From Neoconidiobolus thromboides FSU 785 (Eukaryota; Fungi; Entomophthoromycota), in NCBI GenBank assembly GCA_025603075.1, contig MU626263.1, positions 1 to 64,000 on the forward strand: DNA of 64,000 nt. Reading direction: 5' to 3'. Below, piece by piece: positions 1 to 13,902 of the stretch. Within the stretch, counting starts at the first letter, position 1, and each line of letters starts with the position of its first letter. The notes under the pieces were generated by a model that saw nothing but the letters and a program-made list of their open reading frames with translations, was not told the origin of the DNA and did no database searches. The position numbers and the translations under genes were made by a program.

Positions 1-171
1 AAATTTGGATTAATTTCTAAGTAGATTCTGAAACCAATTAGGACAGCCCCATATACAGAAGACTATTTAATTACTTTAATATTTAAAATACTTTTATTTA
101 AAAAGTTTACAAAAATTAATATATAGGCAGATACTGAAAACTAATAAATTTTAAAAGTTTTTACATTATAT

Positions 172-271
172 GGGGATGTTTTTTTTTGGCTTCATTACTT
201 TTTCTGTCTTTTAAGCACTATTTGAGTGGAAAAATTGTTAGTAAAATTCTTGAATATAAAAATATATCCCC
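172..271 (-). mobile_element. ~100-bp MITE, copy 1
   Basis: GGGGATGTTTTT...ATATCCCC termini; ATAT direct repeat on both sides. Confidence 0.85.
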
Positions 272-602
272 ATATACTTAAATTTTATAAAATAAATAGC
301 ACTTCAAATATTAATACTAATTTTTTGTTAAGCATAATAAAAGAAGTGATTGATAGACATTTTAAAAAAAAATTATAACAAAAAAGTAGTTTCAAAGCAT
401 TACATAAAATAAAAAATATTAATTAGTTAATTTCAAAATTTGAGATTTTTATTTATAAAATATAATGAACTTAATAACTTGACTGTTGATAATAATAAAT
501 AAATATAATTTTAAAAATACAAAAGAAGCAAAAACATGGAAAAAACAATAAAGATATAATTAAGAAGTATTAGTGTTTATCAAATATAATGATAAACTAT
601 AC

Positions 603-702
603 GGGGGGGGTGTTTTTATGTTTGAGAATTTTGCTAACAAATTTTTCATTCAAATAGCGCTTAAAAAGTGGAAAAAATAATGAAGTCAAAAAAAACACTC
701 CC
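603..702 (+). mobile_element. MITE copy 2
   Basis: Same internal sequence (CAAATAGCGCTTAAAAAGTGGAAAAAATAATGAAG); ATAC on both flanks. Confidence 0.85.
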
Positions 703-856
703 ATACCATTATCCAATATCTAATAAATTAAAAGAAAGTGATATAACTCTAATTAAAGTTATAAAGTTTATAAGAAAATAATCAAAAGCTCAACTTCAGC
801 TTATTCTATAAAAATAGCAAAAAGAAAGTAAAAGTTTCAACATTTACTAAACAAGT

Positions 857-955
857 GGGGATGCATTTTTGTATTTGAGGATTTTACTAACAAATTTTCC
901 ATTTAAATAGCGCTTAAAAGACGGAAAAAATAATGAAGCCAAAAAAAACATCCCC
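857..955 (+). mobile_element. MITE copy 3
   Basis: GGGGATGC...ACATCCCC; 4-bp TSD not clean (AAGT/AGTA). Confidence 0.85.
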
Positions 956-3821
956 AGTAGTTTATTAAATAATAAAAATCAATTATTGAATATTAACATT
1001 ATTTAAATTATTAGTAATTAAGTTAATAAATTTTCAAAAACCAAGCAATTGTAATAAGTAAAAACTATTGTTATATTACTTGTATTATGTAAGGATAGTT
1101 AATTGTAGTTTTGAGGCTAATCACCCCCTTCTATGCAGCTATTTAATAACTTAGTAATATAGTTGTATTAATAAAAAAGAGTAAAAAAAAGGTCTTGATT
1201 AATAATTTAAAGTTCTTTTAGTAGCTTAAACAGTTAATTTTATGTTTGATTTATTTGATTTGTTTTCTATTCTTAATATATATGCTATTTGATTTTTAAA
1301 TTTATTATATTTGCCATTTAATTAAAATTACAAATGTTTGGGCTAATATCAAAAATTAATAAATTCAAAAAAATCTATAAAGATGAAATATTTAAATGCT
1401 TTTAGCTTACATTTACTAATTTGTTAATTAATATAGCAGCTTTTGTACTAAGAGAATTCTTATTTATCATTGTCAATAGTACATATTATCAATGATAATA
1501 AAAAGATGACTTTTCATATATGAGTTTTTTTTAGCTCAAGTGTAGTAATTCTTAACTAAATATCCATGGTTTTGAATTGAAAATATGATTAAGTAACTAG
1601 TAAAATAGTACAACTGTGAAGCCTAGGAAATATATTTAACTAAATAAATTCAACGTAATAATTTACTTAAAAAGGATTAATAGAAATATTTCAGTTAGTA
1701 TGCCTACTAAAGGCATTTGGCAAGTTTCAAATAGCAACAAATGTTTGTGTTTTGTTAACAGTGACCTTAATCAATGTTATCAAATATTACTTGGGGAGGT
1801 TGTGGAATAACAAAAGAAAAACTATACTATTTGTGTAGCAGTATATATGCTAGAAAAACTAAACTATTCTGAATTTTAATAAAAAATATTTAGTTTAGAT
1901 GTGAAAAAAACCTAACAAAATTCTAAATATAGCAGCCACAGGAGCGCAAAGATAAAGCAAACATCAGTAGTAATATGTCTGATATAGATATGTTTTCTAT
2001 CGAAAATCAAGCAGGAGTAATATAGGTATGGCTTTTGCGTTTGTACTGACAAATTGGATTTGATGAGTATCTGTTTTGATCTAAAAGAAATGAAATGGCT
2101 AATAAAAGTGTAAATAGGTAATTGTATTATGATTTCAATGTTAAAGGTATAAATGTAAAAATTCAATTATAAAGCTGAAGTGTATGACAAAATTAAGGGG
2201 GTTTAAGTTGATTTCGCATATCGATTTACTTTAAATGTTTGAATTTAGGATGAGATATTATCCCTTTTTAACTATAGCATACAATAATATAAAACACCAA
2301 TTAAGTTTACAGATCAGCAAAGTAAATTTATATTAAATAATATATATTTTGCATGATAAAATGTATCATCTTGACATATGAACTAAAGAAGATAATAGCA
2401 AAAATTATTATGAATTATTTCTGAATTGGTTTTGATCGAAAAAAATAATCGTACATGACATATATATAAATATAGCTCAGATCTATCTATCAGTATAACT
2501 CTAATAATAGAATTGAGCGATGCATTTAATAGGAATTATAAACCCCCGATATAAGTTAATATAAATTTACAAATCAAGATAAGTAGTTTTCATTTAATAT
2601 TTGGGCTTTACAACACATAGTAAATTTGGTTGGTTTGTTATTATAAAAGTCAAATAACTAATTCTTTTGATACTTAAGTTAACTTTCAAATTAGCAATTT
2701 AACTTCCAGTAATCAAGAACACTCAGGTACCACTAATCAAGCATCTAAGTAAATACGAGTATTTGAGAAACGGCTAGTGGGGCACCAGGGCTAATACATG
2801 ATTAAGCTAATATTATTTACAACATTGGAAATAATGCTAGTACTAATAAAGTAGCAACAAGCATTAGTATTTAGATATAGGATATGTTAGGAGGATTGAA
2901 TGCACCTCTATTACTAATAGCCATAATAATACTTCTATTTTATAAACGTAAATCATAAAATGAGGGAAAACAGAGCGTGGTTATGAAACTTATCATTACC
3001 AAACCTAGCAATTCTTTAAATGCTAACAAAGATCATTGTAATACAGAGGTATTATCTCACTCATATGAATTGATGACCATACTATAAATAAAGAACCTAA
3101 AAATCTCTATTTTAAAACGTGTAGAAAGGCGTGTAGTTATGAGAAATAATAAATAAGTGATTTAATATTAACCTATTATTACTTAATATTATAGTAAAGT
3201 ATTCTTTTTATTGAAAATAGTAATTTCTATGTATATATTAAATTAAAAAGTTTAAAACAATTACTTTACTCAAATTTAATAATACCATCTTTTTACTTTA
3301 TTATTAAAAGTGGTTATTTAATATTAAAACAATCCAACTTGCTTTTTAATATTATAACATATAACCAACTTTTATTTATCATATCATGTAATCATATCAT
3401 GTAATCATCAAAACCCAAAAGCATCTTGAATATTGGAGATACAGGAGCAAAGTTAGTTTTATAAATTTACTGGTTAAGTGTTATTGATAAATTTAAGTCT
3501 CAAAAATTGTTTTCTACCATTTGGAAGTTTTGTTATAACTTAATATAAAAATTAACATTTTATATCAATTGTTCTAATATACTTAAATATTAAACTTCTT
3601 TTAATATTATAAGTTTGTAAAACAGAGTATCGATAACATGAAAATCGCTAGAATATTTTAAATTTATAACAAATCCACGACAATTTATACACCATGTTAG
3701 AGCATGTATACTAAACAATTCAACAGTTATAAATATCGTCACAAGGCTTTCCCATTCAAAAGCAAAAACAGCTTCCAAACACAATCAGAGTTATGCTATT
3801 TTAATTTAATTACTATCTAAT

Positions 3822-4932
3822 TTATTTGCTAATATTTAACAAAAGATTTGAACCACCACCATTTTCATTAGCACCGGGAATGTATGAAACATTAGGGGAT
3901 TTAGAAAGTAAAGCCGCAATTTCTTTAGCTGCCTCCAAACGACGAATTTGAATGATACTTGGCCCTGCTTTTTGTAAAGAAGCGGAAATAAGCTCAGCTG
4001 CTGTGGCTTCTCCTTCAGCACGAATAACTGAGGCTTGACGTTCTTGTTCGGCCTATGAAAGTGATAGTGAATAAAAAACAAATCTAAAGTCGAAAGTTAA
4101 AATTACCTTTTCAACCACGAAACGTGCTCTTTCAGCTTCCTGTTGAGCTATTATTTTTGTTTTTTAGTTACATTCTAAATCATGATTAAGCTTTATTTAA
4201 TTACCTATCTGTTTTAATTCTACTGCATTGGTAAATTCCTTACCGAATGTCATGTGGGTCTATACAAATTATTAATTCATATTTAATTACTCAAATATTA
4301 TTATTTACAATTGAAACATCCTCTAACTCAATATTAAACTCTGAAGCTCTTTTTACAAGTTCTTCTCTTATACGTGATGATACCTAGCAAAACGATTAAC
4401 ACTCATAAAAACAACAATAAATTCCTAATTACAATTTCACGTTGAGTGATAAGCTCACCAGCATCAAATTGAGCTACAATAGATTTAAGTACTTCATTAC
4501 CAATAGAAGGAAGCACTCTTTCATCATAATCTGGACCTAAAGTTTGATAGATACGAGGTAAGGCAGTTTGGCTTGGGCGATGTAATACCCTTAAATTTAA
4601 AGTAACCATTTGCATATCTTTAGAACCAGTAGTTGTGGATATATTTCTTGGATTTGTTCTAACATCAAATAAAATCGCTCTTTGCAGCCATGGGATAAGG
4701 AAATGAGTTCCTTCTCCAATAACATCTTGTTTTACTCCCTGTAGACGATCAAAGATAACTGCGCGATATCCACCTTTAACTAAGGAATTAAAAGGTTAAA
4801 TATGGTTAAGATAAGCTATGAACTAAAGTTACCGTCGTAAATACACGAGCTCCCTACGATTGCTGTTAAACCGAATAACACAGCTGCATTACCTACTCGA
4901 CTAAGAACCCTTTCCATTCCGTTGAAATTCAT
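3822..4932 (-). CDS. PHB1: Prohibitin 1 (SPFH domain), 5 GT-AG introns
   Basis: Spliced translation [14 protein letters not shown]...[15 protein letters not shown]...[32 protein letters not shown]...[14 protein letters not shown]. Confidence 0.95.
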
Positions 4933-6449
4933 TTTATTTTGTTTTTTATTTTTTAAAAATAGTGTTAAGCTTAGTTTATGACGTTAATTTATGGGTTTTG
5001 GATTTGGTAGCAATCCTACAAGTAAAACGAAATGGGATGCAAAAATTGCTTTGGAATTGCATTTTTTGAACAAATACTAAGCGAATATGGTGATGTGGAA
5101 AAATTCGAAAAATCTAAACTTAAAATGTGAAATTTAAAATCCAAGTCTAAAATCTGATTTCGAATTCAAAAATTCAAAGGTTCAAAAATTCAAAAGTTTA
5201 AAAATCGAAAAAATAAAAAATCTATTATTTTTGACAGTATGTTCGATAAAACAGCGTGATATCTCACTAGCATGTAGTTAAACTTTAGCAAAGATTTTCA
5301 AATGATTCGAGGTATAAATTTAGCTATTTTCACTTTTCAAAGTGTTTTCAAATCCAACTAATATCCTAAGATGTAGTAAATGGCTCTTTAATGTTGATTA
5401 AAAGGTGAATTTATATTGTGTTATGGCATTAAAGCATATAATAAACAAGATAAGCTAAATTGATGTTTCATTGTATTTTTACAACTGACTTTTGATTTTT
5501 TTAGAAGTTACAATACTAATAAGTATAGTTTAGAGCTAAATTTAAAAGTATGATTAAAGTTGCCTAATAAGTTATAGCATTAAATTCTATGGATAAATAT
5601 TAATATGTATACCTATGTATGCTTGTTTCTACTTGTATTGTGCACTAATAAAGGTAAAAGTAATGACTAAAAAATAGAACGATTAGTCACGATTTGTTTT
5701 TATTTTTGAATGTTAGTTTATTAATGGATTTTGGTTTAATTCGGTAAGAAACACATTGACTATTATAATATAATTGAAAACCAAATTAGAGTCTCAGATA
5801 AAGTCCCAAGTAGATTTTCAACTTTACTCTTAATTTAAATTGAATGACAAAATGACTATAACTTATTACATATATTAAGACATACAAGCATATCTTCATG
5901 ACCACTTAAACTTCCTTATTTGATCATAATAAGCTTTAATACATTTGTTCTCTTTACAACATAGTAAATAAATCATCGAGGGTTTAAGCCTTTCAATGAA
6001 TTTGTGTAATCTAGTTACTCATTACTTAAAAAGAGTTGTATTGACATAATAATTTATCCCTCTATATTTACATGGGATGATATTAACCTGGCTATTTAGA
6101 ATACGTTCGATTGGGAACATCAATAAGATAAAAAATGAAACTCGATGAGTTTTATTTCAAAGTATTAAAAACTAATTTAACACTATTATCATTTCATTAT
6201 TTCCTTTATTATTTCATCCTTATTAACTCACTTTTTTTAACTGATTTACCAAATATGTAACTATGTATTAAAACTTATGCATACTCCCTTACAATTTTAT
6301 GCAAAATAAACTTATTTTTTCTATACCAATTTCTCAATGAATTGTCAAAATTGTTTTCCATAGATAAAAAAATAACCGTTTGGAAAAAATTCGAAAAATT
6401 ATAACATTCTACTTCCTCTTATTTTGAATCATCAAATAATAAAATAACA

Positions 6450-7140
6450 ATGAAGAAAAAAAGACACAGTCAAGCTAAAGATAGTATGGTTATAGATTAT
6501 TTGAAAAAAATTGATATAGATAAGACACCAATAGTTAATAAGGGGAGGCCAATGATTTTAGTTCAAAATAGAAATGAAATGTATAAAAGAAATAGTGATG
6601 GACAAGATATTGAATCAAGTGCCTATAAATACCCTAAGGAAGTCAATAATGGAAAGTTGATTTATCGTATAGACTTGAATATGAAAGTTAGAGGAAACAA
6701 AAAAGATTCCGATGTTGAGGTGAATTTTACTTATAACCTTAAGTATTTAATTGCTAACTATGAACTCAGAAAAGAGAGACCAAACGTGTATTAAAAAAAC
6801 TACACAAGAAGGGTTATCAGCATATGAACTTAAACGCTTAGAAACTATAAAGCAAAATCAGGCCATGCTAGCCTCATTAAATTTAACCGGTAGTATACCA
6901 TTAGAGCCACTTAAAAATCCACAACAATTGAATAAAAAAGAGCGAAAGCGAGATAAAAAAATCAAATTGCTACCAATTAGGCAATCAAGAAGATTGAAAG
7001 GGTTAATACCGAGCGGAATCGAGCATAAAGCGGGAAAAAATGACGATAGTGTAAAGGAGAAGGATAACATTTTGTAGGATGGAAATGTTAAAAGCAGAAG
7101 CATGTCTTTGAGTTTGTTACATGGATTGTAGAAAAGCAAA
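6450..7140 (+). pseudogene. CMR1/WDR76-like 5' fragment (unit A)
   Basis: Homologous to exon 1 and the start of exon 2 of 13903..15825 (LSAYELKRLETIKQNQAMLASL); TAG at 7075-7077 where copy 2 has AAG; no WD40 part follows. Confidence 0.75.
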
Positions 7141-7149
7141 AGTATTAAA

Positions 7150-8877
7150 TCAGAGGAAGAACAAATGTATACGGATATAGATTGTACTTATAATGCTAAA
7201 TAATTAATTACTGACCATAAATTAGAAAGAAGAAAGTGTCACGGAAAATAGTGAAAAAGAAGAAAGCTATGAAGAGAGTGAGGAAGATTTGAATAAAATG
7301 AAAGAGGGTAGAATATCTGTATATGAAATCAGATGTTTAGAAACTATAAAGCAAAATCAGACCATGTTAGATTCTTTAAGTTTAACTAATAACTCATGAT
7401 TAAGAGCATCTAAAGTCCAGAAACAACTGAAAAGAAAACTGAAAAATGATAAAATTCAAGTGGTACTGGTTAGACATTTAAAAAGATCAGAAGAATCGAT
7501 GCAGAGTGGGATTAATTGTGTAGGGTTCAAGATAAACAAAAAGAACTGTACAAGGATGTTATGAAAGGTGATAAATTTGAAGTTGAAAATATGTTTTTGA
7601 ATTTTTTGAATATATTGAATGAAAGCAAAAATATTAAGCATGAAGACAAAGGTGAAAACAAAGAAAAAAGCAATAAGCAAAAAGAAGAGAAATATGATAA
7701 ATTCACTATTAAACAGTTACAAAACATCAACTGTATCAATTATGATTCATTAAAAGTATGTGAGGAAAGAATTTATTGAATGAAATTTCATTTAAATAAG
7801 AAGGAGTATTATTTATTGTAGGAAGCCAAATAGAATAGATTAGTTTATTTGATACTAATTATTATGACAATTGATTTAAAAATAAAGGATATGGGGATGT
7901 TTTTTTTGGCTTCATTATTTCTTCCATCTTTTAAGTGCTGTTTAAGCGGAAAAATTATTAGTAAAATTTTTGAATACAGAAGTACACCCCCATATATTCA
8001 AGGTTTAGAATATAACTACGAACCTCATTTGTATTGCTTTTAACTCGACCAAGGTGCCATTAGTGGAATTAAATTTCAACTAAGCCAAGAGTACTATTTG
8101 TTAACCTTAAGTTATGATAATACAGTTAAAAAAACGAATTCAAATTAGCAAAAAAGTATAGCTATATTTGATTGTCTAATGCTAAAGGACTTAATTTGTA
8201 GTTTTAAATGTGCAAAAATTAATAATAATTTAGCTTGTTTTTCTACTTTTAAAGGCACTATTTGGCTTCATGGTTTAAAAGAAGATAAAGTCTATATTTA
8301 CAAATTCAATAATAATAAAACTGGTACTATTAGTTTGAATCTAGGACATGAACATATTTTTGCTACTGCTTTTTTAGATAAAAGGGTAAAAATTTATGGT
8401 AGTAGATATTTAAAGGATCGAACCCATTTATATGAAAATAAATCGTTATTAGGCATCACTTCAGCTCATTTTGATTCCACTCGGAGTAAATTGGCTGCTA
8501 CGTCATTAGATTGTATAGTCAAAACATTTAAACATCAGCGTAATAATAACAATAAGATAGTAATCATGAATTTTTCACCTACCATAACAATAAGACATAA
8601 TTGTCGAGTAGCTGCACTTATTTCTATCTTTCAAGCTAAATTTCATCCAGATCCAAATTTAGTACAAAAAGTTATTACAGTAGGTGATACTAGTAAGAAT
8701 ATTTGTTTTTATAATTCAATTGATGGTAAGGCATTGTTCAGGTTTGCTAATAAAGAGTTGATATCTCGCACATCAGCAGTTATCGAAAATCACCTAAAGT
8801 CAAGATTGGACAGTAATTTAATTCACAATCTTTTTGTAGTGAGAAATAATAAGCGGATGATTTTAACGCTTATATAA
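7150..8877 (+). pseudogene. CMR1/WDR76-like pseudogene (unit B)
   Basis: Second intron-end/exon-2 start, then WD40 homology broken by stops, frameshifts and a MITE insertion at 7893-7991. Confidence 0.85.
7893..7991 (-). mobile_element. MITE copy 4, inside the CMR1 pseudogene
   Basis: ATAT TSD; removing the element plus one TSD restores colinearity with the paralogs. Confidence 0.9.
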
Positions 8878-10191
8878 AACATTAAAATTTGGTCTTGTTA
8901 TTTAGATTTTTTTCGTATTCTTTTATAAGTTGAATGAATTTTATTAAATGTAGCCTCATCCTTTTTAAAAAAAATGAACATTACTTTGTTTAAAACAAGA
9001 GCTCATTTTATACAAACTTTATATAATAAATACAATTGCACTAAATAACCCGTACGATATGCTTTTTATATACCTTTTTCAGAAATGCTAAAAATAAAAA
9101 AAATACATATATTAAGTAAATAGTGCAATTTTTATAACTATGTACTTGATTATAGACAAAAAGTTTAAGTCGAGTAAATAGTCATTTTGTTATTTATCTA
9201 TAAATGAGTTTGTATTGTGCTTTATCATAAAGTGTGAATAAATATAAAATACAATCGTATTGAAAAAGACAATATTAGGGTAGTTTCATAAGTTATATGA
9301 AACTTTTTGAATTGGCAGTGGTATCAGTTATTATGTCAATAAATATCAAATTTCAACAAAAGTCTAGTTTCTTTCTAAATAATTTCTTTAATCACTATTT
9401 TTGGTCTTTGTTTTAAATTACAGGTTTATTGATGGGTTTTATTTAATTTAATAGTAAATATCGTAGATGTTGTAATATAAGTTAATTATTGAACTATGCT
9501 TAAAATTATAAGCAATTAAACCTATTATTTTTTAAAACTTTAAAATGATTAATATAACCTATAGAAATTATCTTGTATACTAAATTTCTTAATAGATTTT
9601 CATAAACAATTATAAGTCCTTCTTCAGCTAAAACAAGTTACAATAACAATCTTTTGCTTATATAACTTAAAATTTTAGTAATAATTATAACCCAGAGCAT
9701 TCTGGTAATATTCTATAGCATAATTACTCGAAAGCTTAATGAGATGTATACCATCATATTAGTACATCCCTCCAACTTTTACAGTGAATAGTGGTTATCT
9801 TGTTATTTTGAATTATCTAATTGAAAAGCCCAATCGAAAAATAAAAGTCGTTTTATAGCATTCTAAAATATTGTAAAACGTCAAGTTTTATCGTTTATTT
9901 CATTTCCGCTTCCATCATTGACAACGTTTTACTTTGACCTTTTATTTGCTAATTTACCAAATATGTAATCTTTAATTCTCTTTATGCAAAATAATCCCAT
10001 AAAAGTGTCTAATTAAAAAATTCCTCATAACTTCATCATTTTAATATCAATTATTTCAAAAGCACCAACAAATTAATAATGAAAAAGCAATAAGGAAACC
10101 AACTCAAACAGAATGATCATAAGATAGTTTAAGGTGATTTCTTAAGAGAATAAATTAATATATAATAAAAGCCTTTGATTATTAAAAGTAA

Positions 10192-12036
10192 ATGGGAAAT
10201 AAAAGAGATGACAGAGATAGTGGATCAGATGCCAATAGGTATCCGAAAAGAGCCAATACTAGGGGGGTATATTATGGTGTTGATATTGAAGATATAGAAA
10301 ATGAAAAATCTCCTGAAAAAAGTGGTATTAAATGGACGAATTATAGCGTTAATAGGGAGCTTGTGAGAATAAAAGGTAAAAATGAAGGAGAGATAATTGT
10401 GAAGGTAAATTTTTATAGTTCTATTTTGAGAAATTAAATACCAGTTTCAAATTAGGAGCAAAATAACGAGGAAGAATATACCTCTTCAGAAAATGATTCT
10501 TATGGAAACGATTCTAACAAAAATAAGCCTAATTTAATCAAAGATACAAAAGCAGAATTATCAGCATATGAACTCAAAAGATTAGAAATTATTAAAAAAA
10601 ATCAAGCTATGTTAGCTTCTTTGAATTTAGCGAATAATTTACTATTAGAGCCATTTAAAAACCAAAAACAATCGAAAAGGAAGGGGGAGAAGAAAGATAA
10701 AGTACTACCAGTTAGACAATCGAGTAGATTAAAGGGATTAGCACCAAATATATTCAAATATATGGGAGATAAAGCAAAAAAAAAAGAGAATAGTGCAGTC
10801 AATGAGGAAGATGATGTTCTCAAGGATGGTAAATTTGAAGTAAAAGATACGTATTATAGTTTAGTAGATGAATTGAAAGAAAATGATGTTAAAGAACGAG
10901 TGAAAGTGGAAATCAGGGAAGAAAGTGATGAAAAGGGAGAGAAAAGAATTATTACTAATCAATTAGAAAACATCAAATGTATTACTCATAGAGCATTAAA
11001 AGTATGTGATGATTTTATTCATTGTGCACAATTTCATTCAAATAAAGAAAAAGTGCTATTAAGTGTAGGAAGTAAAGTGGGAGAGGTTAGTTTATTGGAT
11101 GCTAGTTATTATGTCAATCGATTTAAAAATAAAGAATACATAGAGGATTTAGAATATGATTATGAAGCTCACTTACATCGATTTCGACCACATTATCATA
11201 CCATCAGTGGACTTAAGTTTCAACCGAATCAAGAACATTGTCTTCTGACTTGTAGCTACGATAATACCATTAAAAAAATGGACTTAAATCAACAAGAGAG
11301 TATAACAACTTTTAATTATTTAAATGATATGGATTCAATTTGTAGTTTAGATATTCAAAAATTTAACAATAATTTAGCCTATTTTTCTACTTTCGGGGGT
11401 AACGTTGGGCTTCACGATTTAAGAGAATATAAATCAGCAACCCACAAGTTGACAGATTCAAAAATTAGCACTATTAGTTTAAATCCAAAATATGAACACA
11501 TTTTTGCTACTGCTTCAGCAGATAAAACAGTAAAAATTTATGATAGCAGATATTTAAGTGAAAAAAGATATTTATATCAAAGTAAATTATCATCATTAGT
11601 TTCTTCAGCTCATTTTGATCCCACAGGAAAGAAGTTAGTGACCACATCCTTTGAAAATTCAATTAAAGTATTTGATTATCACCAAAATAATGCTAATCAT
11701 AATAATAAATCAACGGATATGAATATGAATTTTTCACCTACCATAACAATAAGACATAATTGTCGAGTAGCTGCACTTATTTCTATCTTTCAAGCTAAAT
11801 TTCATCCAGATCCAAATTTAGTACAAAAAGTTATTACAGTAGGTGATACTAGTAAGAATATTTGTTTTTATAATTCAATTGATGGTAAGGCATTGTTCAG
11901 GTTTGCTAATAAAGAGTTAATATCTGCTACACCAGCAGTTATCGAATATCATCCAAAAGTTCGATTTTATAATAATTACATTGGTAATCTTTTGACTGCT
12001 GGAGTTGGTAAGGGGAGAATTCTTATGTTTATGTAA
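10192..12036 (+). CDS. CMR1: CMR1/WDR76-like WD40 protein, copy 2 (intron 10405-10455)
   Basis: Phase-0 GT-AG intron joins ORF 10192 to ORF 10609 in frame; LSAYELKRLE motif; WD40 repeats (ATASADKTVKIYD). Confidence 0.8.
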
Positions 12037-12146
12037 AATAATAAATTCTGGCTTGTTGTATTTCTTTTAATTGGTGCTTGTGACATTTTTTAAGTTGAAC
12101 ATATTTTATTAAATTATAGCATCTTAAGTTTTTTAAATGAGCAAAT

Positions 12147-12244
12147 AATGATGTTTTTTTTGTTTCATTACTTTTTCCATCTTTTAAGCGCTATTTGAGT
12201 GGAAAAATTGTTAGTAAAATTCTTAAATACAAAAATACATCCCC
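12147..12244 (-). mobile_element. MITE copy 5
   Basis: Right end ACATCCCC, decayed left end AATGATGT; AAAT on both flanks. Confidence 0.8.
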
Positions 12245-13902
12245 AAATACTGCTTTTGTCCCAAAATAAGTATTTTTTTAAATGCTTTATATAGCCAAAT
12301 ATAAAAAAGGATTATAATTGCACTAAATAAACAGCACAGGTACTTTTTATAACATAACGAAAACGATGCAAAGAATTGGAGTACAAAAAATGGAAAGGAT
12401 TGATTTTAGATCAATTGTTGCAAATAATATAGTTATTAAGTAAATAATATAGTTTTTTAGTTATTTTATACTTGATCATGAATTTAAATTCAGGTGAAGT
12501 AAATGGTCATTTTATCATATGTTTCTGGTTGAGTTTGTGTTGTGTTTTGGTAATAAATTGTAAATAAACATAAACTAAAGTTGCATTGAAAAAGGCCAAT
12601 GTCAAAATAACTCATAAACTATTGTCAAAGCCATTAATTAAATCTACTACTTTTCAAAATCTAAAGCTACAATCAAATAGGATTTAATAGAAGTTGAATG
12701 CATTTTAGGAAGTGATATAAACAAAGCTAATGTTAAGTCATCACTGACTTCAATGATATATATATCAAGTATGAATATAAAATGTAGTAAATTAATCCAT
12801 TTTATATTCATATAGAGTATATAAGCAATTAGATCCTCTCCCTTTGGGATTTCTCTTCATTGGTAATTTCTTCACTCATTTTCTGAAATAAAGTATGCTT
12901 TTAAGCCTGGTTAGTTTACCTGAATATATAGTTTTTATCCCATATTTGTTTAAGATGACCTTATAGTTTCCCGCTTCAGTCAATCAAGGATTAGGCTTAT
13001 CTTACCTTATGTTGATTTATTAGTTGATATATCGTTGGGCTTAAGAATATTAAAACCCTTTTAATCTACATATACAGATCTGTCAGTTATTAATGTAAGG
13101 TTTTGGACTAATGTTATTATCAAAAATTATATTAATATATACTGAATATCAGCGAAAGTTTCAACATTAATCTATAAATAATTTTATCAGCTACCATTTC
13201 CGATTTTATTTTAAACTACAAATTTACTAATGAACTTTACTTGATATATTAACGTATAATTAAATATCATAATATAGTCCAATAGTTAAGCTAAAGCTTT
13301 GGTGCAATCACCAATTAAGTCTTAAAGTTACTATGACCTTCCAAAAGCTACAGCAACATAATTAGATCCAAATAAATTTATATTATGAAACTCTCAATTT
13401 ATCTTCATAATTGACTATAATTCAAAATTTTTCTGACTATATTTAGTTTTTCAAATATAAATTTTATTTGTATAATTTAATTTCGCTAATATCCATGGTT
13501 GGAGAGAGTTCTTTTAGTAATATTGTATAGTGTCTATTTCAGCGTATAGGAAGGTATATTGTTGTCAATAGCAATATACCTTTTTGCATATATGTAGAAT
13601 GGTAATTGTTTTGTCTTTTGGCATATTTCAAGTAATCACTAAGGTACGAAACCAGATTCAGAGTAATAATCCTAATTTAGTTTTAATCGATTGAATATAC
13701 ATCAGTCATACTTACTATTTTACTTACTAACAATTCCTATTTCACTCTCATTAATACTTTCATTCTTTATCAACTAATTTGCCAAATATGTAAGCCTAAT
13801 TTCTATATTTCTATGCAAAATAAGTCCCATAAAAAAATTTCGATCAAAATCAAAAACTCTCATAATTCCATCATTTAATTTCTTAAAGCATCAAATAAAC
13901 TA

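Noticed and set aside
1912-2166. Possible GPCR TM3-TM4 fragment (YSCLIFDR)
   Set aside because: TTG start, short, and no further TM helices in frame; unsupported.
5140-5220. TTCAAAAA-like repeats upstream of PHB1
   Set aside because: Short, imperfect and expected in AT-rich promoter DNA.
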